From positions 1 to 64,000 of the IMG/VR virus record IMGVR_UViG_3300008952_000012: a DNA stretch of 64,000 bases. The stretch is one strand, 5' to 3'. The notes beneath the pieces are model-generated. The model saw nothing but the letters and a program-made list of their open reading frames with translations. It had not been told where the DNA came from and searched no databases. Of the stretch, positions 33,617-41,470 are shown one piece after another. Numbering within the stretch: the first letter of the stretch is position 1; each line of letters opens with the position of its first letter. Made by a program: the position numbers and the translations under genes. This stretch comes from a virus.

Positions 33617-34519
33617 ATGAAGATGCTTTCAGCAGATAGACGAGCTACGTTGGAAAACCGGCTTGCAAACACAGTGTATGAAGAACCACAGCCCATGTAT
33701 AAACAGGCGACCATTGAGAAGGTGGCTGAGTTTAGGGATTATTACGGGTGGATGTGGCCTATTGCTCTTGAGAAAGAGGCCGCTGCCGCTGGTAACGAAG
33801 AGCTTATGAAGATCGCTGAGATTGAGAAGCAGGCTATTAAGGCGTGGCTTCTTCGCCAGGGTCTTGGTTTAGCAGGCCGAGCGCGGCAGGTGGCGGGTGC
33901 TCTTAAGTCTACCGCTGGTCGTGGGTTAAGTCGTTTCGGGGTGGCCGGTGGCCGCGCTGATCTGGCTGGCCAGAGAGCGATCCGCGCTGGTCAGCAAACC
34001 AAAGCGTATGGTACTGCTCAACGCGCAACTGCTCAGGCAGCCAAGGATATTGGCCTCACCCCAGCGCTGGCGCGAGTTATTAGCGGCACGACCAAGGCGC
34101 AGACTAGAGCCGCTGCTGCAAAGGCCGGTACCTCGAAAGCTAAGCAAATCACTCAGGCCACCACTAGGGCCCGGGCTGACGCAAGCTTCAAGGGAAGCTT
34201 GGTTGACAAGGCCAGAGCCAAGGGCCTGATTCCCGGCGACAAGGGCGCGACCCGTGCTTTCACTAAGAATACCAAAGATAAGAAGCTCACAAGACAGCTT
34301 GTCAATGTTCAGGGCCAGAAGGCTAAGGGCAAAATGGTTCGAGACATCTACGGTCGAGCTACGGCACAGGCCGCTGAGCGGGGCGGTATTGCCGGAGTCA
34401 CCCAGAAGGGTCTTGAGGCAGCACTCGCTGCACCATCCACTGTCAGTAGGTGGGGCAAGGGTCTGAAGCGGGCATTTGGTAAAAGAGATTGGGCCGCTGA
34501 AGCTGCTCGTCTTGCGTAG
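33617..34519 (+). CDS. Basic EKxA-motif protein
   Basis: AGGAGG RBS; EKVA, EKEA, EKQA in the N-terminal third, then A/K/R/G-rich sequence. Confidence 0.75.
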   Translation: MKMLSADRRATLENRLANTVYEEPQPMYKQATIEKVAEFRDYYGWMWPIALEKEAAAAGNEELMKIAEIEKQAIKAWLLRQGLGLAGRARQVAGALKSTAGRGLSRFGVAGGRADLAGQRAIRAGQQTKAYGTAQRATAQAAKDIGLTPALARVISGTTKAQTRAAAAKAGTSKAKQITQATTRARADASFKGSLVDKARAKGLIPGDKGATRAFTKNTKDKKLTRQLVNVQGQKAKGKMVRDIYGRATAQAAERGGIAGVTQKGLEAALAAPSTVSRWGKGLKRAFGKRDWAAEAARLA

Positions 34520-34542
34520 CATAACTTGAGAGTAAACTTGGT

Positions 34543-35442
34543 ATGGAGATGGCTTTGGAATCCAATCCTGTAGTGGATTTCCTGAAATTTGCTGAAAAGC
34601 GAACTCAGGTGCGCGCACACGTGCGACGCACAAAAGACAAAGTTGTACCAGTTACTCAACATGATCGGGAGCTATCCGAATCCGCAGAGGAGGATAAACA
34701 TGCCCCCGAAGGCTACGCACACCCGGAGCTACAGTTAGACGATAAGAAGGCCATAGAACTTGAGTTGTGGCGGAAGTGGAAAGAGGGGGGAGAGAATCCT
34801 AGAGACCTCGCCCCCCTTTTGCGAAGCTTCCGACCACTGCTCAGGTCCAAAGCCAACGTCTACAAAGGCAAGGTGAAGATGATTCCAGACTCTGCCATTG
34901 AGGCAGAGTTTCAACTTCGCTTTGTTGACGCCCTGCGCTCCTATGACCCGAAGAAGGGCTCACTAGGAACGTACGTCTATAGGTATTTGGATAAGTCGAA
35001 GCGCTTCATTGTCGAGAACCAAAACATCGGTCGCATACCCGAAAACCGTGTCTACAAGATTCGGCAGTACACCTCCGCTAGGGATGAGCTATCGGAAGAT
35101 TTTGGGAGGGTGCCCTCTGTTGAAGAGGTTGCCCAAAGACTCGGATGGAGGTTGGCGGAAGCAAAGCGTATGGATTCTGAACTTAGGAATGATCTGCTAA
35201 CGCAGGGGTTCGAAGAAGATCCATACGCCATTACTCCGTCAAAATCAGAAGAGGTGCTTCGCCTTTTCAAGTATGAGCTTACGGGCAACGAGCGTGCGGT
35301 GTACGAACACCTCACCGGTTATGGAAAACCAAAGATTTCGTCAACCAGCGAAATAGCTAAGCGCTTGAAGATGCCAGACTATCAGGTCAGTCGCCTCAAG
35401 AATGCTATTCAAAAAAAGTTAAAGAGGTATCTACATGGCTGA
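34543..35442 (+). CDS. Phage sigma-70-family RNA polymerase sigma factor
   Basis: Region 2 (FRPLL..A, DALRSYDPKKG.LGTYV), region 3 (RIPE..L...GRVPSVEEVAQRLG), region 4 HTH (ERAVY...SEIAKRLKM...VSRLK..IQKKL). Confidence 0.88.
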   Translation: MEMALESNPVVDFLKFAEKRTQVRAHVRRTKDKVVPVTQHDRELSESAEEDKHAPEGYAHPELQLDDKKAIELELWRKWKEGGENPRDLAPLLRSFRPLLRSKANVYKGKVKMIPDSAIEAEFQLRFVDALRSYDPKKGSLGTYVYRYLDKSKRFIVENQNIGRIPENRVYKIRQYTSARDELSEDFGRVPSVEEVAQRLGWRLAEAKRMDSELRNDLLTQGFEEDPYAITPSKSEEVLRLFKYELTGNERAVYEHLTGYGKPKISSTSEIAKRLKMPDYQVSRLKNAIQKKLKRYLHG

Positions 35443-36181
35443 TAAGAACAAGACCGCGAATATCGCCAAGGTCCATTTCCTTATGAAGGAAAAGGGTATG
35501 AGCGCTACAGAAGCAATCAAACAAGCGTACCCAAGCTGGCCCGAAGAAAAGGTCAAGGCTTTAGCAGCCAAGCTTGATGCCATGAAGGGCGCGGGCAAGG
35601 CGATGGCCTCCGGCGGACCAATGGCAGCCAAGAAAGAAGAGCCACAGGAAGAGGAAGCTGAAAAAGAAGCGTCTGTGCTCGTGGCTGGCTTGCGGCAGGG
35701 CTCTGGCGCTCTTTACGGAAGCTTCGTTAAAAAGCAGGCTGCCCGAGAGAAGCTAGCGGCAGTCGTTTCTAACAACTGGCTGTCGAACAAGTACCTCGGA
35801 CCAGCCCTGGCGCTTAGTGATAATGACCTCTACAAAAACTACATGACTCGGTCACCGTACGTGAACACCGGCCTGGACACGCGCTTTTATAAAGAGAAGC
35901 AGGCGATGCTCAATCCGCTCGCCGCTGCCAAGGCGACTAGATGGCTGAAGACACTTTTTAGTGAAGGGTCGAAAGCCGTGAGCAAGGGTGCAAGGCATGT
36001 CGCTGAGAAAACGAGCAAGACGGTTGCCAAGCACATGCCCAGAACGAGCGCGTCCGTTAGGTCGAAGTTTCAGGATCTTGTTAAGAACAATCCCGAGGCC
36101 TGGGCGAACATCAAGAAGTACTACAAGCCTGTTCTTGGCGGCGCTGCTGGCACTATAGCCATCGGCAAGTTGGTGGATTAA
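35435..36181 (+). CDS. EKxA-motif protein
   Basis: EKEAS, KKQAA, EKLAA, EKQAM; C-terminal GGAAGTIAIG. Confidence 0.7.
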   Translation: MADKNKTANIAKVHFLMKEKGMSATEAIKQAYPSWPEEKVKALAAKLDAMKGAGKAMASGGPMAAKKEEPQEEEAEKEASVLVAGLRQGSGALYGSFVKKQAAREKLAAVVSNNWLSNKYLGPALALSDNDLYKNYMTRSPYVNTGLDTRFYKEKQAMLNPLAAAKATRWLKTLFSEGSKAVSKGARHVAEKTSKTVAKHMPRTSASVRSKFQDLVKNNPEAWANIKKYYKPVLGGAAGTIAIGKLVD

Positions 36182-36183
36182 AA

Positions 36184-36441
36184 ATGGCCACGCTGCATGG
36201 ATTATTACTTAGAAATACGAATAAGGATGAGTTTTTAGAAGATTTAAAAACTCAGGTTGTCCGGTTTCTTCGTTCTGAAAAGATAAGACTCAAAACTGAG
36301 AGAGCCTTTCTAACATCTGTGCAGGCGGGTCTTACGGAAGCCGACATTAAGTACAAGAGGTTGGCAGAGGTAGAGACCTATGCTGACGTTTCTAAGCTCT
36401 TAGGGATTAGCCCATCAAAGGACACAGGCAGTGAAGGTTAA
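36184..36441 (+). CDS. Small helical hypothetical protein
   Basis: Tight packing in the operon. Confidence 0.6.
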   Translation: MATLHGLLLRNTNKDEFLEDLKTQVVRFLRSEKIRLKTERAFLTSVQAGLTEADIKYKRLAEVETYADVSKLLGISPSKDTGSEG

Positions 36442-37678
36442 ACTAGGGACAAACGCGGTTCTTCCGTTCTTCGATTCTACAGCAGTGGTTGGCGTTGCCA
36501 GCTTCACTGTTCAGGTCGATGACCCTAGTGGTGCAACCATTGCCACAGTGGACATGGTGGCGGTTACAGATGTACCCAACCTTCACCTAAGCGAGCCGGT
36601 TCTATTCGCTACCCCAGGTCAGCATACTGCAACGTATACTTACGACGGTGATGTCGTTAAGCAGGCATTCATTGAGGCCGGTGCCGCACCGATAAGCGAC
36701 TACCCAAGAGCCGTTGCTTCCCCACTGGTGCTGGACCAGCGAGTTGCTGGTGGCCCCGCCGAAACAATCACCGTGCAGGTCATTGATCAGTCGGGGGAAA
36801 CCGTCTTTGGGCCAGTGATTGCTCCATATGTTGCCGGTTCTTCTGGTTACGTATCTTCATATACGTTTCTTAATGAGGAGCAGTACTTTGTTGTCTGGCT
36901 AACGGGCGCTCCGGCTGTCCCCTTTAACATGGAGCCAGCCATTGTCTTGGCCCCGCTGGGGGCGGAGACGTGTAGGTTTACTGTTGCCACCCTGGAAGGG
37001 AACAACGGTAATCCGCACACGAGTACAACCGTTTTAGCGAGTCTCCCAAACGGCACACCTGTAGCTCAAGGCCTTACCGACATAGAGGGCGAGGTTGTGA
37101 TCAACCTAGATCCGACAAGCTATGTTTTGTCTTTAGCGAAAGACGGAGTGGTCTTTTCCAGAAATAACTTCACCATTGACGTTATCAACACCAGGGAGAT
37201 CTCTAACGACCCGCTATTGTACTCACCAGAGGCAACCGAGATTCAGGCCTTCCAGATTGTTACAGGCTCTTTTACTCCGACGTTCACTGCCCCCATATCC
37301 CCAGCGCCAATGTGCCAGCTATTCGCTGATATTTACCGCATGAGTGGGAAGCCTTTATCACACGCTAATGTGCAAGTGCGGCTTTTGCATACGCCCCAGT
37401 TGTTTTCCGGGGTAGCCGTGTTTGATACACAGGCTACGCATAAAACAGACGCCAACGGGCATGTGGAGTTTATGCTTGTTCAGGGGGTTAAAATAGAGGT
37501 AATAATTGCTCCGCTCTCGCTGAGACGCATTGTTACCGTGCCCTCTGGGGACGACGCGGTTGATCCAAATTCAGGACAGTTTATACCTGTCAATCTACTA
37601 GATCTTATGGCCAGCGCTGACGATGTATTCAACATCATTAAGGCCGAGGCCCCAGCCGCTCCGAGGAGGACTCTGTAG
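36431..37678 (+). CDS. Beta-sandwich structural protein with carboxypeptidase-regulatory/transthyretin-like modules
   Basis: GLTDIEGEVVINL and KTDANGHVEF motifs; similar to 40201..41163. Confidence 0.65.
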   Translation: MKVKLGTNAVLPFFDSTAVVGVASFTVQVDDPSGATIATVDMVAVTDVPNLHLSEPVLFATPGQHTATYTYDGDVVKQAFIEAGAAPISDYPRAVASPLVLDQRVAGGPAETITVQVIDQSGETVFGPVIAPYVAGSSGYVSSYTFLNEEQYFVVWLTGAPAVPFNMEPAIVLAPLGAETCRFTVATLEGNNGNPHTSTTVLASLPNGTPVAQGLTDIEGEVVINLDPTSYVLSLAKDGVVFSRNNFTIDVINTREISNDPLLYSPEATEIQAFQIVTGSFTPTFTAPISPAPMCQLFADIYRMSGKPLSHANVQVRLLHTPQLFSGVAVFDTQATHKTDANGHVEFMLVQGVKIEVIIAPLSLRRIVTVPSGDDAVDPNSGQFIPVNLLDLMASADDVFNIIKAEAPAAPRRTL

Positions 37679-39360
37679 TGAGTTTTGACCGAAAAGAAGC
37701 GCTGGATTTCATGCGGAGGTTTACAAAAGAAGCCTCCGCATCAAGCGTATCCGGACGGCCCGGGCAGGGCCTTGATATTATGGGGATGGGCATGGCCCCG
37801 TGGCCCATTAAGCAGCAGCCAGTCACAGGTGCGACGACACAGAGCTTACTGAGCAAGCAGCTTGTTAACTACGCGGCGAAGTCTCAACAAAAGAAGATGA
37901 CGGGAAGTATCAACGCGTCTGGCAACCGGCAGATGGCCAAAAAAACCGGCAAGGGCGAGCTTCTCGGAAAGACCGACACCATTCTCTCCGATCCGAACGA
38001 AGCAAAGACTGCTGCGGTCAAGAAGAGAGAGCGCCCGCGAGAAGTAAAGAATCTTCTGTCAAGACTTACTGGTGGGGACATAGCTATTGCTGGTGGGATC
38101 TCCGGAGCCGGTACGGGGCTCGCTACATATGACCAGCTAGGGAAATTCAACGAACTCCTGAAGGGGCACGAAAAAGCCCTGAAGTCCAAGGCCCGAAGCC
38201 TAGAAGGCACGGGGAAGCTAAAGGCCGAGACGCTTGAGAAGCTATACAAGGAAAAGGCGGAGAAGCTCCCGAGGCTGCTTCGCTGGTATGCGAAACGAAA
38301 AGGCATGCCGGACACAATCGACCTAAAGAAACATCTACCGGAGATAGAGAAGCAGATCCCACGGCTAACTATGTCAAGGAAGGCCGTAACCCGGACAGCC
38401 ATGAAATCGGGGGCCAAGGTTGGTACCGGCGCTGTTCTGTCACTCCTTCTAGCCCGAGCTTTGTCCAGGAAAGCAGAGAAGAGCAGAAAACTGACAAACA
38501 TCACCAACGTCCTCGATGGCGGCACTGTGAAGCTGTCCTCTGCAGAATATCTTGAGAAGGAAGCCCGTTTCGCTGCCGCAGCACGCATGTGGGGGTGGGG
38601 CAAGAACCTTCTCCGAAATCTTGCCCCTAGGGTTGCTGCACCAGAGGCCGCGTTACCACATGCCGGAAAAGTATTTCAAAGCGCTGGGGCGGGAACCTCT
38701 GAGGCGGTCAATGCCTCTACGAGATTAAGAAACGCGCTTAGTGCTGCCAAAGGAAAGTTTTGGGCGAAGGGAACCGGAAGGAAAAACGTATACCGCAAGC
38801 TAGATGATGCCGGTAAACCGCTTCTGGACGACGCCGGAAAAGAAGTGCAGTTCCTTTCAAGCAAGGGGATGTTTAGGGCACCCAAAGACTGGCAGAAGGT
38901 AAAGAGATGGGACCAGACCGGTGGGTGGATTCAGCAGGGCGTGAAGGGTCTCGCTAGACATGGATCACAGGGTGCCGTAGGCGGATACGGTTTGTCGTGG
39001 GCGTTAAACCAAGACGCTAAGTGGAATGACCAGAAGCGCATCGATATGGCCTTAGGTGGCGCTCTCCTCTACCCATCCATGAAGTTTTCAAACATGCCTG
39101 CGTCGCTAGCAGCGGCTGGGGCGCAATGGGCTGCCCCAAACACTCTTGGAGGAGTTATCCCCGGAGCGTTTACGTCGGCCAAGCGACTTTGGGACACTAA
39201 GGGCGGCGATGGTACTCGCTTTTCAAAGATGCAGAATCTTAGCACTTCGTTAGCGGCACCACAGTTGGCGGCCAGAAAAGCTACTGAAACCAAGGCTAAG
39301 AGGCTGAACGCCAACGCACGCAAAATTCAACGAGAGCTTGCCGAGGCAAAAACCACATAG
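37678..39360 (+). CDS. Basic KxA-motif multi-module protein with Gly-rich hydrophobic segments
   Basis: FTKEAS, EKEARFAAAA; several GG-rich hydrophobic helices. Confidence 0.7.
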   Translation: MSFDRKEALDFMRRFTKEASASSVSGRPGQGLDIMGMGMAPWPIKQQPVTGATTQSLLSKQLVNYAAKSQQKKMTGSINASGNRQMAKKTGKGELLGKTDTILSDPNEAKTAAVKKRERPREVKNLLSRLTGGDIAIAGGISGAGTGLATYDQLGKFNELLKGHEKALKSKARSLEGTGKLKAETLEKLYKEKAEKLPRLLRWYAKRKGMPDTIDLKKHLPEIEKQIPRLTMSRKAVTRTAMKSGAKVGTGAVLSLLLARALSRKAEKSRKLTNITNVLDGGTVKLSSAEYLEKEARFAAAARMWGWGKNLLRNLAPRVAAPEAALPHAGKVFQSAGAGTSEAVNASTRLRNALSAAKGKFWAKGTGRKNVYRKLDDAGKPLLDDAGKEVQFLSSKGMFRAPKDWQKVKRWDQTGGWIQQGVKGLARHGSQGAVGGYGLSWALNQDAKWNDQKRIDMALGGALLYPSMKFSNMPASLAAAGAQWAAPNTLGGVIPGAFTSAKRLWDTKGGDGTRFSKMQNLSTSLAAPQLAARKATETKAKRLNANARKIQRELAEAKTT

Positions 39361-39380
39361 GCTCTATAAGGAAGTTAGCT

Positions 39381-40187
39381 ATGGAATATTACGTATCAAA
39401 TGAAAAACGGGAGCAGCTAAGAACTGCTTTTCATAAAGTAGCCATGGCTAAGTCTCCCAGCCTTGAGAGCAAGGTTCTAGAGACAACTACTAAGCTTGCG
39501 TTTGTTCGTGAGCTTGCGGAAATTGACCCGGGCTTGGATTTCGAAAAGACCGCTGGTTTCTGGGACTTCGTAAAGAAGTGGGGTCCGGATATCGCACTTA
39601 CCGCACTTATGTTTGTGCCTGGGATTAACGTTGGCGCAGGTGCCATGCTTGCTGCCCGAGGAGCGCTCGCCGTAGGCAGGGCAGGGCTGGCCGCTCGCAA
39701 AGTGTATCAGGCAGGAAGGGCGGTTAAGGGCCTAAGGAGCCTAAAAACTATGGGCTCGGCCCTCAGGGGACCGAAAGCGGTAGCGAGTTCTTTCAGAAAG
39801 GCGCAAGGGCTTAAGCCAGGAACGTTCCTAAGAGGCGCAAACAATACTCAGAGAGCCGCGTGGAAATCGCAAGCTCAGGGTGGTAGAGGCATGCTGTCGA
39901 AGGCTTGGCACGGCACTGGTAAGGGTTCGTGGCGCGGCGGCGGCGGCCTCAAGAGCGTTGTTGGTAACACAGACAAGGCTACCGGCGCGTGGAAGTTTAG
40001 TCCTTTAAAAACTGGCTTCAATGCCCTCGCACTGGCCGAAGGTGTCCCAGCGGCCAGTCGAATGGTGAGAGGAAAGCCCAAAACTTGGGGCGATCATATG
40101 GGCGGCGGCGGAGCCGGACAGAGCCACTATCAAGGCGGCGGATTCAAGAAGATGCAGGCCTTGTCATCTGGCGCTGCAAACGCATAG
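39381..40187 (+). CDS. Basic EKxA-motif protein with toxin-TM-like helix pair
   Basis: HKVAM, TKLAF, EKTAGFWD followed by DIALTALMFVPGINVGAGAMLAARG. Confidence 0.7.
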   Translation: MEYYVSNEKREQLRTAFHKVAMAKSPSLESKVLETTTKLAFVRELAEIDPGLDFEKTAGFWDFVKKWGPDIALTALMFVPGINVGAGAMLAARGALAVGRAGLAARKVYQAGRAVKGLRSLKTMGSALRGPKAVASSFRKAQGLKPGTFLRGANNTQRAAWKSQAQGGRGMLSKAWHGTGKGSWRGGGGLKSVVGNTDKATGAWKFSPLKTGFNALALAEGVPAASRMVRGKPKTWGDHMGGGGAGQSHYQGGGFKKMQALSSGAANA

Positions 40188-40200
40188 GAGAGAGCAATAA

Positions 40201-41163
40201 ATGGCTGACGTATACGTACATTGTAGAACCGCTCTACTTCCTGCCGGGGATGCCGTGCAGGACGTGTACGTGTCCATACATGCGGTTGGTGTCTACAATT
40301 CATTAGCAGACGGAACAACGGACGCTAACGGGTCCGTATTTCTAGGTAATAGAGCGCCCGGACTGTATGAAATACACCTCACACCAAACGGGCCAGCGAA
40401 GGTCCAGAACGGGAACTTGCAAACAGTAACCGTTGTGAATGAGGACGCCAACAACGACTTGGTAATTGATCCCAATATTTTTGATGTCCTTGTTGACGTA
40501 ACAACACTTCCCGCTGCATCTGACGACCACTTCTGCCGATGCTCAGGGACCTTCATAGACCCGTATGGGAAACCAATTAACGAGTTAACCATCCGGTTTT
40601 CAGAGAATACCGTATTTTTTCCTAACTTAATTTATTACCCGCAGGGCAGTGCAAACGCACTAATACCAACCTCAAAGGTTGTTCGAACCGATAGTAGTGG
40701 TTTTGCTTCCGTAGACTTACTCAGAAATTACGAGTATTTAGTGTTTATGGAAGGATACGAGAATCTGGCACGGAATATTTTAGTGCCAGATGCGTCCGCT
40801 GCCCCGCTTACTGATGTTATATTCGCCGCCGTAGATGGTATCGAATACACTTTGGGAAATGTCTTATTAGACGGTAATAGCCCATCTGTAACATTAAACG
40901 TGGGACAACAGGCCACTCTGCTTCTTGAAACAGTTTTTCGGAGTGGTCTTAGAATCTCAGGGGTGGTAGACACAGTATTAACAACTCCAGAGCAAAGCTT
41001 TATTAGCACTACATTGACAGGTAATACTCTTTTGATAGAGGCTCTTAGTCCCGGAAATGTAGAAATTGAGGTCACTCGTGTTAAACCAGCAACAGGACAT
41101 GGGATCACCATCGCTCCTGACCCTGGAGTCCGAGGTGCCCTCAGTGTCCTGGTCAACCCCTGA
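40201..41163 (+). CDS. Beta-sandwich structural protein, paralogue-like of 36431..37678
   Basis: GTTDANGSV, CRCSGTFIDPYGKP, RTDSSGFASVDL; C-terminal Ig-like segment. Confidence 0.65.
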   Translation: MADVYVHCRTALLPAGDAVQDVYVSIHAVGVYNSLADGTTDANGSVFLGNRAPGLYEIHLTPNGPAKVQNGNLQTVTVVNEDANNDLVIDPNIFDVLVDVTTLPAASDDHFCRCSGTFIDPYGKPINELTIRFSENTVFFPNLIYYPQGSANALIPTSKVVRTDSSGFASVDLLRNYEYLVFMEGYENLARNILVPDASAAPLTDVIFAAVDGIEYTLGNVLLDGNSPSVTLNVGQQATLLLETVFRSGLRISGVVDTVLTTPEQSFISTTLTGNTLLIEALSPGNVEIEVTRVKPATGHGITIAPDPGVRGALSVLVNP

Positions 41164-41470
41164 TATCAGTCGTGATGCACAGCCACAGAGGCCGATTTTG
41201 TGGTTTACGCGGCTTTGGGCCGCTGTTGTCAGACGCGCCGCAGTCGATTGGGTCTTGTACAAAGACCACTCAACTTCCAAATTAAGGAAGGTAGGCGCGG
41301 ACGCCGAATATTGGATTTTCTTAGATAAGGAGGAAAATAGGTTAAGTTCTTTTGTATCTGTATGCGATATTCTTGGTCTCGAACCCAGCTTAATGCGAGA
41401 AAAGGTAAGAAGTTTAAGCGAAGAGGATGCTAGGAGGCTAAGAGGAATGGAGTTTGGCGATGACTGGTAA
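41144..41470 (+). CDS. Small conserved helical protein (LWAAV..A..D...W.F...F..VC..LGL.P family)
   Basis: GTG at 41144 with a GAGGT RBS is more plausible than the track start at 41066. Confidence 0.6.
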   Translation: MSWSTPDISRDAQPQRPILWFTRLWAAVVRRAAVDWVLYKDHSTSKLRKVGADAEYWIFLDKEENRLSSFVSVCDILGLEPSLMREKVRSLSEEDARRLRGMEFGDDW

